NCBI GenBank assembly: GCA_008632985.1 | Contig: QPGO01000020.1 | Span: forward strand, 1-64,000 | Length of the DNA: 64,000 bases | Source: Psammoneis japonica | Taxonomy: Eukaryota | Direction: 5' to 3' | Part shown: in pieces, positions 12,554 to 24,687 of the stretch | How positions within the stretch are numbered: the first letter of the stretch is position 1 | Layout: each line of letters starts with the position of its first letter | Notes under the pieces: model-generated | Seen by the model: the letters and a program-made list of their open reading frames with translations, nothing else | Told to the model about the DNA's origin: nothing | Database searches by the model: none | Translations under genes and position numbers: made by a program

Positions 12554-14402
12554 GAGTGGCTTGGTCAGTGGCAACTTGTGAAAGGCAATGAGTCATGCCA
12601 GCAGACAAGCACATGAGGACACACACCAAATCACAGATTTGCTGATCAAGTGCAGACAACCTTGGGAACAGAGCCACACAAGCACGGGATGATGAGAACA
12701 TCTTAAATGTGATGAGTGAATGACTGCACAAAAATTCCATGGTTGAACAGCAATGTCAAGATGCGCAGAGAGAAAGACAGCAAAAAGCATGTGCGCGGAC
12801 ATGCTGGATCAGAAATTGTTGGATCCAGCATCCATTCTGCACAAAAACAATGCATGAAAAGCTGAGGGAGATGGCACCCACAGCAACAGGCAAACTTGCT
12901 TGTCATGATCGTAAATGAAAATTGTCACTCAGGCAAATGAGCAACTGCCCAGTTTGTTGCTCTCCTTTGTGATGAAAAACATGCTGCTTTGTCACAACAA
13001 AGTGTTGCTTGGGACACATTCAACTTGTGCCAGAGCAACAAACAGCAACACAAAAGGGGAAACTGACAAATGGTTTGGTGCAATGCATGGTGCCACTGAC
13101 ATTGAAAATGTCATCTTCGAGCGCAGCTTGGCACAGTCCTGCAGGTCAGTTGAGCAAGCCAGCATGTGAGTGGCTTGGTCAGCGGCAACTTGTGAAACGC
13201 AATGAGCCATGCCAGATGAGCACATGCTGAGGACACACACCAAATCACAGATTTGCTGATCAAGTGCAGACAACCTTGGGAACAAAGCCACACAAGCACA
13301 GGATGATGAGAATGTCTTAAATGTGATGAGTGAATGACTGCACAAAAATTCCATGGTTGAACAGCAATGTGAAGATGCACAGAGAGAAAGACAGCAAAAA
13401 GCATGTGCGGACATCCTGGATCAGAAATTGGTGGATCCAGCATCCATTCTGCACAGTGACAATGCATGAAAAGCTGAGGGAGATGGCACCCACAGCAACA
13501 GGCAAAATTGTCATGATCATAATTGAGAAAATTGTTGCCAAGGCAAATGAGCAAGCCAAGGCAAATGAGCAACTGCTTGGTTTGTTGCTCTCCTTTGCAA
13601 TGAAAAACATGCTGCTTTTGTCACAACAAAATGTTGCTTGGGACACATTCAACTTGTGCCAGAGCAACAAAAAGCAACACAAAAGGGGAAACTGACAAAT
13701 GGTTTGGTGCAATGCATGGTGCCACGGACATTGAAAATGTCACCTTTGAGCAACTTGGCACAGTCCTGCAGGTCAGTTGAGCAAGCCAGCATGTGAGTGC
13801 TGGCTTGGTCAGTGGCAACTTGTGAAAGGCAATGAGTCATGCCAGCAGACAAGCACATGAGGACACACACCAAATCACAGATTTGCTGATCAAGTGCAGA
13901 CAACCTTGGAAACAAAGCCACACAAGCATGGGATGATGAGAATGTCTTGAATGTGATGAGTGAATGACTGCACAAAAATTCCACAGTTGAACAGCAATGT
14001 GAAGATGCACAGAGAGAAAGACAGCAAAAAGCATGTGCGGACATGCTGGATCAGAAATTGTTGGAAGCATTCACTCTGCACAGCGACAATGCATGAAAAG
14101 CTGAGGGAGATGGCACCCACAGCAACAGGCAAAATTGTCATGATCACAAATGAAAATTGTCACTCAGGCAAATGAGCAACTGTCCAGTTTGTTGCTCTCC
14201 TTTGTGATTGCTTGGGACACATTCAAGCAACTTGTGCCAGAGCAGCAAACAGGCAACACAAAAGGGGAAACTGACAAATGGTTTGGTGCAATGCATGGTG
14301 CCGCTGACATTGAAAATGCCATCTTTGAGCAACTTGGCTGCCAGCACGAGGTGCAGCAGGCACCCCTGTCCTGCAGGTCAGTTGAGCAAGCCAGCATGTG
14401 AG
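12554..14402. repeat. Tandem triplication, ~610-630 bp units (12554, 13168, 13795)
   Basis: Each unit starts with tggcttggtcag(t/c)ggcaacttgtgaaa and ends gtcctgcaggtcagttgagcaagccagcatgtgag. Confidence 0.95.
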
Positions 14403-16458
14403 CACTTGCAACATTGACAGGTGCCTGTGAGCTCTTGCATTTTCTGCATGGAGGACAGGTGTGTGGATGGACATGGACAAACAAATGATGCACTCCACCC
14501 CAATTGTCATCAAATCATCTTTCAGGTTTGTCAAGTGGGTTTGTTCTTTTTGGTTCTTTGAGGTTTGGGTTTTCTTCCTGAGATGCCATCAATTTTGGCC
14601 TCAATTTTTTTCTCTTTCACAAAATTTCAAGGACAAGACAACAACAAAGAGAAGGAGCATTTGTTGTTTTGTGCTCTGCCACAGGCTTTGCCAGTTTTGA
14701 CACAAGGGGGTTGCTTTGTCAGGAAGATGTGGAATGTTTTGGCAAAGTGTGTGCAGACAGAAACAGGTTTGTCTGACACAACAACAGGAAAGGTGCCACA
14801 AACAGAAGTTCCTTGCACAATTGCTTGGGCTTGAATGGTGCTTCCAGCTTCCAGTGGCACTGGTGCACACTTGCACACTGGCTGCTGCTGCCTCTGCCAT
14901 TTTGCTGTCTTCACACAATGTCCAACCAGCATGCAGAGATCAACAACTGCTCCCATCTCTGGGTTTGGAAATTTTTGGGATGTCACATCACAGAAGTCTC
15001 TGCCCGCCAGTTCTTTTTTGTTTTGATGCAGGGGATTTGACTGTTTTGTGGTGCTTGTGTTAAAGCATGCAATGTGTGGGTGAGAATGAGCATGGAGAAA
15101 GCCCAACAAGACTTGCCAACAATGAACCAAAAGCATCTCAAGATGACATGGCAGCTGTGTTGCAATCAGCCCATGTGATGGCACCACAGCATGTTGCACC
15201 AATTTTTGTTCGCCCGCTTGTTTGTTTGTTTGTTTGGAAATTGCATGCTTGCCAGTCCAGTGAATCAACAATGTAGTTGCAAAGGTCATTTGGTGCTGCT
15301 CTCTGCAGCAGTGAAGAGTGCGCTGGTGCATGTCTCATTCTGAAAATGGGTGATTTTACATTTCATGGGGGTGCTGCACTGTGAAAGTGCTTCTTCTGAG
15401 GTGATTTTTGTTGTGCACAGAACCATGAAGGGAGCAGAATTTTTTGTTGTGAGGGGGGGGGTCTGTGACCTTCACAACAAAAAATGTCCTGCACTGGGTG
15501 TCCAGGTCCCACCCAGAGCTGGGGCACTCCTGCAGAATGACCTTCTTTCTTGTGCACATTTCAGACACAACACAGGGTGGGGCTGCAATCAGCCCACCAC
15601 ATCAGTCCATTGCCAACCAACCTTGTTAAACCTTCTCTCCACCCACATGTGAGGAAAAGGTTGCCAACTTTTTCTTGCATCTTTTGAAATGCACCCTCAT
15701 GTCAGTTTTTTGCAATTTGGTGGTGGCAGAGCTTTCATGATGCAGGCACGTGAGTGGTGCAACGTGGTTGTGTTGGCCAGCAGAAGCAAAAATGGGAGGC
15801 TGTGAACATGATGATGGTGTCATGACCAAGGCCAAGAGCAAAGAAGCAAGCAATCCAGGAAAATGCCACCCCACAGATTTCTGTGGCACTCTCATGGATT
15901 GCAGGACTGATGGAGTCTGAGAGATGACATGGCAGCAATGAAAATCCACTTGAGTCACAGCCAAAGTCCAAACAGCAATGGCCATCACAAGCAACAGGTG
16001 TGACTGATGCATTGTCAGCCACAACCCATGCAATGCCAGTCACAAGCATTTGGTCTGACAAAGACTCCCCTGTGATCATGCAACCTGTCAGTGACTTCTG
16101 CAAGACTGCCGGCAACAAGAATGACATGGTGCAGGTTCTTTGACCAACCTGAACCAGAAATTTTCTTTCTGCATGAATCCGACAACAGACGATCTATGCA
16201 CGTCTAAAGGGACGTGCAATGCCCTCCAGCTAGTCGAGGAAGCGGTAATCACATTCAAGAAGTATTGATGCCCAACTAAAGCGTGTAGGTGCCATAAAAA
16301 AATTCATATGAAGAACATCGAGCACTAAATGCTGCTTATCTACTTCTGACTACAATCTGCAAAAAGAAGGAGGAGTCACATTTTGGATCTCCAAACCGTT
16401 TCGTCACCAAGCTGCCAACAGTGCTGAACATCTTTGCACTCCAAGGAACCAGGGTGCA

Positions 16459-17708
16459 TCAACCACGCTTCCTATGATGAGCTGTCTTGCCACGACGATT
16501 GTGATACCGTCTGTTGGTGTGTTCTCGTGGATTCAAGAGAATCTTGCGATAGACGGCCGGGTCGACTCGCTTTCCAAATAGTTGGGTTCGTCCTTGGGTA
16601 GGATGATCCATGGACGTCTTGATGGTAGCTGTCGTGTAGTACCAGTCCAGTTTCACTTCATCCTTTTCAAAGAATTCCGCATGTTGCCAGCTGCCAGTGA
16701 AGGTCCAGCCAAAGTTGGTAGGGTCTGGATAGTCCCTCAAGGAAACTCTCTTGGATAAATCCGTAGGACGCAATCCATTGTATCGGCGTTGTAGGTCCTC
16801 TTGTGGCTGCTGAAGAAGTCGATTCTGCAAGTGCTTCGCATCCTGTGACAATGACGTGACGTCATTCATCTCCATCAAAGCCTTTACGGCGGCTCGTACG
16901 TCTTTCAGCTGCTGCTCATCAACGATTCGTTTCTTTCTATAGTCGTTCCTTGGATGAGGGTTGTTACGCCATCGTTCGTCACCGATACGACCCCGAGCGT
17001 CGTCTCTGGATGACCATTGTGGCTGGAGTTTCTTCAAGAGTCGCTGTTCTTGAGCTCTAGCTGCGCGAAGGTAAGCATCTCGTTCAGTAGCAAAGAACGA
17101 AATGGCAATGTGGACGACATTGGCGTCATCAGCCAATCGGTGGCTTCCTGTCCTAAGGAGAAGAGCCTTGATATTTCGGAATCGGCCAATTGAATAGCCT
17201 CCATAATCCTATCCAAACTTGTCTGGTATGTTTCCGCCCCAAGTTTCCACTGAGGATGAGGCCGTTCGTTGCGACAATGGCTGGCCCTCTGCGCGTATAA
17301 CTCTGACTGTGCTGTCATGATTCGAATCGCGAGGCGCCGCATCACCAATCTCGGAGACTTATGGCTTTGATCTGGGTTTCTGACCACCACGACGTCACCA
17401 GCCTCATCGTCATTCTCAAATCGCACATGACTGTCGTAGTGAGTCTGACTACCACCTCCGTATCCGTTTCGGCCTTGCTTGAACTCTGGCGGGAGAACCG
17501 TTGGAACTTGATCCCAGTTTTCGTATTGTTGCTCCAGAATAGTTTCCAACAGAGTTAAGTAGTCAAGCGAAGCCTGAGTCGCGCGATCGCTGCCGCCAGC
17601 GTAAGATCCGTCCTGGTTTCCCGGCACCAGCGCTGTGTTCACACACATCATGGCCGCCTGAATGGCATCCAACCACGCCTCACTACAGTCCTTACGTGTA
17701 TTATCCAT
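16459..17708 (-). CDS. Hypothetical protein with C-terminal 'YYTTxT..HP.QG.TQLF..NPR.HT' domain; 1-bp frameshift at ~17136
   Basis: ORFs 17034..17708 and 16459..17136 join by adding one T (GAT TTG GCT). The C-terminus resembles an uncharacterised motif family I recognise from algae and fungi. Confidence 0.7.
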
Positions 17709-18242
17709 GATCTAAACGGGCAGCTCTTTGGGAGTTGAGGGTTTATTTGGATTGCTGTTTGCTGTTGTCGCTCGCGTGACTTCAGAATACTTCGTGAAAT
17801 GAGATGAGCACGACACGACGCACGACACACGACACGGGAACAGCTGAGAGAAAAAAATTGGAACGCGCGCTCGCGCGCTCCGAAAGCGGAACCTTTGTAT
17901 GAATATATAAATATTTTCAGATCTTATTTTGTTTGCAATGAACAATGTCGTTTATATCCTTGGTATATGAATATTTAATATCATTTACATTATTTTTGAA
18001 TTCCAATCGAGCGGAATGAGCGAGACACAACACACACTCCAACACGACCATGAACACGACATTGTGGCCCTAGGACTACTCTAGTAGAGGGCCCTACCAT
18101 ACGGTAGTCTACACTTGATGGATGAGGTGTACTGTACTGTGATACTTGCAGCGAATCGAGATTGGCATCAGGGTCATCGGTAATCGCTACTCTGGCACAC
18201 AGGAAGAGGAAGGTGATAACATCATCAACGAAAACAACAAGA

Positions 18243-21200
18243 ATGAACAATGCATGTCGGAGATTGACGGATTCCTCCCCATCGGAAAATGATCGTGCAG
18301 CTTCGAAACCTTCGGGTGATAAGACGAGTCCGTTTCAGAGCCCCCCACTGGGTGTTTTGAAAGCAGCAGGGTCCTCCCGACAGCTGCGAAGACGGTCGCC
18401 TTTGTCTCCTCTTCAGAATGACAATCGCAGATCTACGCAAGAAACCCCGAGAATGCGGGAAGAGAAAAATACTGCAGAAGAAAACGTTGCGAGAAGAAAG
18501 AGTGTTTCTTTTTCACCCCAACCCCATCAGACCCTCTCATATTTCACCATTCAAGCGAAGCTTATGATCGACGATGGTGACGACCACCATGATGGCAGGA
18601 CTGAGGGTGCCCCGTCCGCAGACTCGAACGAGGTAGAAACAAACGACATTGCCACCGACGAAAGTGACTTGGAAGGTTCTCTTGACGTTGATCAATACGA
18701 TAGCTACCAGCCCCCGTCCGACCTGCATGAGTTTTGTCACAAAGCGGCGTCTTCTCTTGATCTGATCCAAGCAAAGTCCGTTTTCTTGCAATCTTCATAT
18801 TCTCGAGAATTGATTTCTGCAGCACGAAGAAAGGATGCTCTTGGTAGGCTTCCACTTCATATTCTATCAGAGAACACTGCCTTGTCCATGGCAATCTTTT
18901 CACGAAATAACGACCAATCTTTTCAGTCCGCTTTTGATCTTTCGGATGAGGACAGGGAGGCTTTGGCCTTTGTCACGGATGTTTTAAGCCCTGCCAACGC
19001 CTCTGCTCTTACGTGCCGTGATAATGATGGATATTTCCCGTTTGAGCGAGCGATTGTCGATTGGATACATAGTGCTCACTCATCGTCAACTCTTCCCCGA
19101 AGATCTTCCAGACGAAGCAGTTTTTCGAGATCTAGCTTTTTGATGAAACCCTCTCTGGGATCGGCAGCTGTAACCACGGAAAAGATTCAGAAGTCTGTAA
19201 GCTCTGCCATCAATTGGGCCGGGCGTTCGCTTTACTTGAACCGATCTCTTGGCTCTGTCGATAGTGCTAGTGACGTTGAGAGCGCAATGGCCGGCGGCAC
19301 CATACAGGATCTTTCAGATGACGATCAAAGCGACCGAGCCTTTGACAAGAGTGATGCTGGAGGAAACCGAATCGGATATCGAGTGTTCCCACTCAATGTG
19401 AAACTGACACCGCATATGCGATTTGCGCTAGTGACACTTTCGATCTCATTGGATCTCTTGAACGAAGCGCAATCACAGCGGTCGTTTAGAGGAGAAGCAA
19501 TTGACCACAGGTGTCGAATAATTGGAACCGACGGAATCGATTCTTTCCAGACACCCCTCTCAGCCATGGGCAACACCATTGCTGAAGGACTCGCAGCTAT
19601 TCCAGATATCATCAAAGCTGTTTTACTCTTGAAGGATGACTCAGAGCGGAAATGGGCATGCTCTTGCACTCTTATTCGGAGAGTGATGTCAAAGAAACAG
19701 TCCATTGGACCATGGCTGGTACACATGCTCCAGCATCCGAATAAAGCAGTATCAGAACGCGCCGTTGATTACTTGCGTCTTGTTTCTGATGTCTTTGGAG
19801 AAAATAACGCTTTCAAATCAAACGACAGATCAAGTCAGGATCGTGAAGGACTGTACAACGAAATTAGCAAATTAGATGGCCTCATTCCATCGCTTTTGTC
19901 GCTCGAAGTAAAGGCGATAGAGGAGGCGGCCACAACTCCAGTCATCAAGGATGTTTTGGACAAAATGATCGCAAGGCCTTTCGTGGTAACGGTAGTTTTC
20001 TTTGATGCGTTGTTTCTGTTGGTACTGATATTGAGCTTCCGTTTAGCTGTTGTGGGTTTTCTGACGGGAGAAGCTCCAGGAACAGTTTTGAAGTGGATTT
20101 ATGTGGCTAACGCAGGCATCTTTTACTTTATCATTCGCGAGCTAGGAAAGGCAATCTCACTTTGCATGATCACTGCGAGGGCTCGCACGTACTTTCTGAG
20201 TTTCTGGAACGTGTCGGATGTGCTGGCAATTGTTCTTGCCCTCGTCAGCACGATTGCAATGAGAGTAAACTTTACGCACGATGATTTGAACTTGAATGAC
20301 TTGACTGACCTTCGTGGCTTTCTTGCAGTGACTACTGGGCTCCTTTGGCTTCGAGTTCTCAGCCTGCTGAAAACGATCAATATGCAATTGGCGACCTTTG
20401 TTCTTGCTATTGTACAGGTGAGTACGTGAGTCCAACTCGATTTAGGAAACGTTTTCTCATCTTGAATATTCTCTCGTCCTGCAGATTACCCGCGACATCT
20501 TGTGGTTTCTTCTAATTCTGTTGACACTGGTAGTTGCGAGTGCTCAGATGTTTTACACCATTTTGATCCCTGCAAGCTGCGCATCGGACAAGATTGCAGA
20601 CGAGGCGAGACAATGCAGTCCGTCAGAATACTATCTCGCAATGTACACCGTCCTGTTAGGAGACTTTGGCCTCTTTGATCGAGAGCACTTCACAACTGCA
20701 TTCTCAGTGTTATTGATGGTCGCATATTCCTTCCAGCTCGTCATTATCATTTTGAATGTATTAATCGCGATCGTTAGCGATTCCTACGAGAAGTGCTTGA
20801 TTAAATCACATAGCCTGTTTGGGCGGGCTCGAGTTATGCTTTTGGCCGAGCTCGTTTCCTTTCAGAATTTACTTCGAGTCAATACAGATCCTAATCATCA
20901 GGCCATGGAAGATGTCCAGATCCCCATCTATAACCGTTGGTGTTCGAAGCACGTACCCAGCAAGCGTCTGACACGGAGCAGCGCCTTGTTCTTCTCCCTC
21001 TCGGCAGCCGTATTGCTGGCCTGGATGATTGGAGAGACTGCTGGTCATTTTGCCGGAGAACGCTACGGAAATTACCTCTTCAGCTTCTGCAGCATTCTTA
21101 TCAATACTTTTCTGTTTGCGGGAATTGTCGTATTTCTTTCAAGAAGCACTCCAGGTGATGCGAGTGGAAGTTCAGATGACGCCAGCAAGAGTGGGAACAG

Positions 21201-21603
21201 GTTCTTTCGACTAATATGCACGTGGTATGAGCAATTCATTCAGAGAAGAATGCGACGAATACTGGGATCTACTCGGCATGCTACTAGTCCTTGGTCAGTA
21301 AGTGGCAGGGCAGGGGACGCAGATGAATGGAGGGGTCGGGTCAACCACTTACAACGTGAAATGTCAAGGATAGCACAAGAGTCGAGCGTAAACGTTGCAG
21401 AGAGGACCAGGGCGATTGAGCAACACGTGACATGCTCAGAAACACGTATTCGAGGTGAAATGAATACAATCGAAGGTCAAATGGAGAGTTTGAAGTCTGA
21501 TATCATGAGTGAACTGCGTGGCTCGGAACGGAGGACCGAGGAGCTTATTCGAAGCCGCATAGACGAGCTGATGAGAATCCTTACCGATAGTTGCTCCGTT
21601 TGA
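18243..21603 (+). CDS. TRP-like/Ion_trans cation channel, 2 exons (intron 20418-20484)
   Basis: TM segments with 'FLSFWNVSDVLAI', 'LLWLRVLSLLK', pore 'LLGDFG' and 'IILNVLIAIVSDSYEK'. A GT..AG intron joins the two ORFs in frame. Confidence 0.85.
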
Positions 21604-21696
21604 TTGACATCAATCTCTAGTGTGCTAAGAAGAGGTGTAGTGAGAGTGTATCGCCATCTCGTACAATAACTTTTTTCTTTACTACGGTTTCTCACT

Positions 21697-22200
21697 CTAA
21701 AAGACACGGAAGGACTTTTTTCCAGCCTGGGCGTTGACAGCAGCCTCGTGAGCTACAACGTTGAAACGCACCGTCTTGGAGAGAGGACGGCACTGTCCCA
21801 TGGTGACAATGTCACCCTCCTTGACCTCAAAGGCAGGACTGCAGTGAACAGCAATGTTCCTGTGCCTCTTTTCAAAGCGACGGTACTTTGAAACGTAGTG
21901 TAGGTAGTCCCTCCTGACGATGATGGTGCGCTTCATCTTGGTGGAGATGACCTGTCCCTTGAGAATGCGACCACGGATGGACACATTCCCGGTGAAGGGG
22001 CATTTCTTGTCCACATAACTCGTTTCAAGCGCCGTAGCAGGGGTACGAATTCCCAAACCTACAGAGCGAGTGAATCGCATAGGCTTCTGCCTCCTGTTGT
22101 AGACAGTGCGCTTCTTCGCCACAAAGATAGCATCTTGCGACTGGTATGCTTTTTCGTGCTGATCGCACTCCACGTATTCCTTGACGGTACGGGGAGCCAT
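21697..22200 (-). CDS. RPS11: 40S ribosomal protein S11 (uS17)
   Basis: Motifs [34 protein letters not shown] and [14 protein letters not shown]. Confidence 0.98.
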   Translation of the reverse strand: MAPRTVKEYVECDQHEKAYQSQDAIFVAKKRTVYNRRQKPMRFTRSVGLGIRTPATALETSYVDKKCPFTGNVSIRGRILKGQVISTKMKRTIIVRRDYLHYVSKYRRFEKRHRNIAVHCSPAFEVKEGDIVTMGQCRPLSKTVRFNVVAHEAAVNAQAGKKSFRVF

Positions 22201-22959
22201 GGTGGAATTGCAACTGGTTTAAGAAAGACAACACAAACGCAATGTGAGTGATGTAACCCGATAACAAAACCGAGTCAGGTAATGAGCCTCGCAGAAGAAT
22301 CAACGATGCTTGTTTGTCGACAGCGTGTTTTGTCAATGACAGTCGGCTGCTTCCCACAGTGAACAGGATGAATAGCTCTCAACCCTCCTTCACCTCATGC
22401 TTACGATATGAAGCTGGAAAGGAGTAGAAACAATTTGCTCCCAACGATCGTTTATGCATCATCATCGTCACCCACCTTGCCCAGCGCCCGAGAAAATGTT
22501 GTGCCCCCTGCCCTGCATGTTGCTCGATTACCGCAGTACTAAAATCTAACCCCAGTGGCTTTTGTACGATAGGCAACGTAGCTCGTATACCTCAGTAACG
22601 ATTGTACTGGAAGCGAAAATTCGAGCTGCTGGTCCATCCATCCATCCGTCAACAACTTCTCACTCCCCACTCCTTTTGTGTGTGGTCACCTGTGCTGTAC
22701 CGTCATTAATTTTTCTGTTTGTTTGAAAGAAAAAGATAGGAGGTACTATACTTTATGTATTGACATCAGGTAGAGTACAGTAGCAGTGATTCTTTCTTTT
22801 TTTTTGGACCACAAAAAGTGAACTGGTATGGCCCCATACCTAGGTCTAGCAAGTTGCTTATGTTACAATCCGAGGTTATTGTCGTTTACCAAACCAAGAT
22901 CCAACACGGAAATTGTCCTGAACATCACGCCTTCATGTTATGCATTTTAAAAGCCCACA

Positions 22960-23793
22960 TCAATATCTACTAGCAAACACTTTCTCATAGAGCGGATCCA
23001 ATCCCAATCCAAGAAACACCAAAAGTAGAACCACAAAAAAGAAAGCTCGGTATTGCTTCTTCTTCTTGTATCGAATTCCTGCGTATGCTCGGCTGCTCAA
23101 TTCACGGATAAAGAGCAACCCGACACCCACCTCAACTGCATCCGTGACTTCTCCAATATATAAGTTATAACTAATAGCCACAGAAGCAGACAAGAACGCA
23201 CAGACAACCTCGATACCAGCCAGACACGCGAAAAGCAGCGGGGCTCCGATGGGAGCAACATGGATTGCACGACCAGCTTGAAGAAAATCGGATGTCAAGA
23301 ATATCGCAAGCATGAAAAAAGCTATAAATGCATCAAAGCCATTGGTGTACTCCGCTTCACACGTAAAGTTGTCTTGCGGCGCCTCGTCACTCGCGAGACA
23401 GTTGGCATGCGCCGTCATGACAACGACTTAGCCAGCTTCGTAATCTTCTATTGCTTCCTTTGCAAATATCCAGTACGTAAATAGCTGAAACGCAATAATG
23501 ATGGTTCCGACAGTCCTATCCAGCCACGTCGCACGTTTGGCTGGGTCGTCAGCAAAGACAGCCCAAGCATGAGTGGTCTCAGCAAATTCTGTGTATTCAC
23601 TCGGGACTTCGCTTTGTGTAGTGGAATGATCGTTGCCGGGGGCGCTGTTACTAAGTAACTCTCGTAGCTGATATACTTCTTGAGACGACAGCTTAGAAAA
23701 TCGAGCCATGCCTTCATACGTGGTGCCAGACAAGGCTTGCTCTTGCTCTGGCATTTCAACGAAAGATGATAAGATTTGCTGCTGAGAAGTCAT
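22960..23793 (-). pseudogene. Multi-pass membrane protein interrupted by one in-frame TAA (23428-23430)
   Basis: The two ORFs are in the same frame: ..GAA GCT GGC TAA GTC GTT GTC ATG ACG... TM helices lie on both sides of the stop. Confidence 0.6.
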
Positions 23794-24687
23794 TATCGTA
23801 CCGAATTCTTTGTTTTCTGTGACCGAGTTCTTGCTTTCAATCGAACTTATAAAAGCAACGGACTTTGTCGTTGTTTCCTTTGCCTTTCTGTAGTATTCGC
23901 AAGCGCCCTGGTGTCTTCTTCTGAGTCTACAGTACAGCACCCCGTCCACACCCTGCGTCCAGTCGCAACACTTTCATTCACTCTTGCACTTCACAAAAAG
24001 CGAAGCTCGGCCAACGCGCGTAGGGCAAGCCGAGCTGTCATTGGCTTCTCTTTCTTCAGTTGTTGACGTCATTCTGACGCAGTGATGTTCGCATTATTGT
24101 TGACAGACGACTCCTCACCGAGTACAAGAGATCAAAAACCAAGGAGGGGAAAAAAACGCACAGGAAACAGAATTTTTTTACACAATCTACTGTACAGTAT
24201 CAGGAAACGTACTGTCAGATTTGTTTCACATTCGTCGAATGACTGGACGATGAATGGATCATGCAACAATCACCGAGACCGTGGCAGTCACGTGAAAGAT
24301 GATTCTCCGAACGCTTCATCTTTTCGTATTCGTGACTTTGACTGTGTGGCAGTGGACGAAAATGTGGGAAGTACGATGAGACAGACTGCGCTTGTTCCAG
24401 TAAATGCTGTTTGACACGCGGCGGTAGAATCAGGCTTCCCCACAGTCCATCGGACGAAGCTGCAAGTGAGCGCAACCAACAGTAGTCGTTGATCGGAAAG
24501 AGGTCAAAGAACTTCCCACACTTTCTGCCTCTCGAATGTGCTGGATTCACGGTGAATGCTGGACGCATTCTTATGCACCCAGTGCATCATTCGCAGTAGT
24601 TTGATTCTCAATCATGGACGAACACAACGCTGTGACTGAAACGCATTGCTACTTGTATTTTGTCGTTACTCGTACATTCGACGACAC

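Larger units (their letters stand above)
1000..16190. other. TpA/CpG-depleted, TpG/CpA-rich degenerate domain 1 (decayed repeats, TE or gene remnants)
   Basis: TA and CG are very rare by inspection and TG/CA dominate. ORFs are Cys/His-rich, nearly Tyr-free and end mostly in TGA. Normal composition returns at about 16190. Confidence 0.9.

Noticed and set aside
12915..13169. SF2 helicase fragment (KVLLGTHSTCARATN) in the triplicated unit
   Set aside because: Only one weak motif resemblance, with no other helicase motifs recognisable.
9058..14402. CRISPR-like array
   Set aside because: Units are long or irregular without unique spacers, no cas genes are present, and the context is eukaryotic.
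1000..16190. Dozens of overlapping Cys/His-rich ORFs in the depleted domains as real genes
   Set aside because: Loss of TA removes TAA/TAG stops and Tyr codons on both strands, which inflates spurious ORFs.
1000..16190. Classical fungal RIP or plain CpG deamination as the full explanation
   Set aside because: RIP raises TpA. CpG decay cannot remove TpA, and the transposon lost TA while keeping CG.
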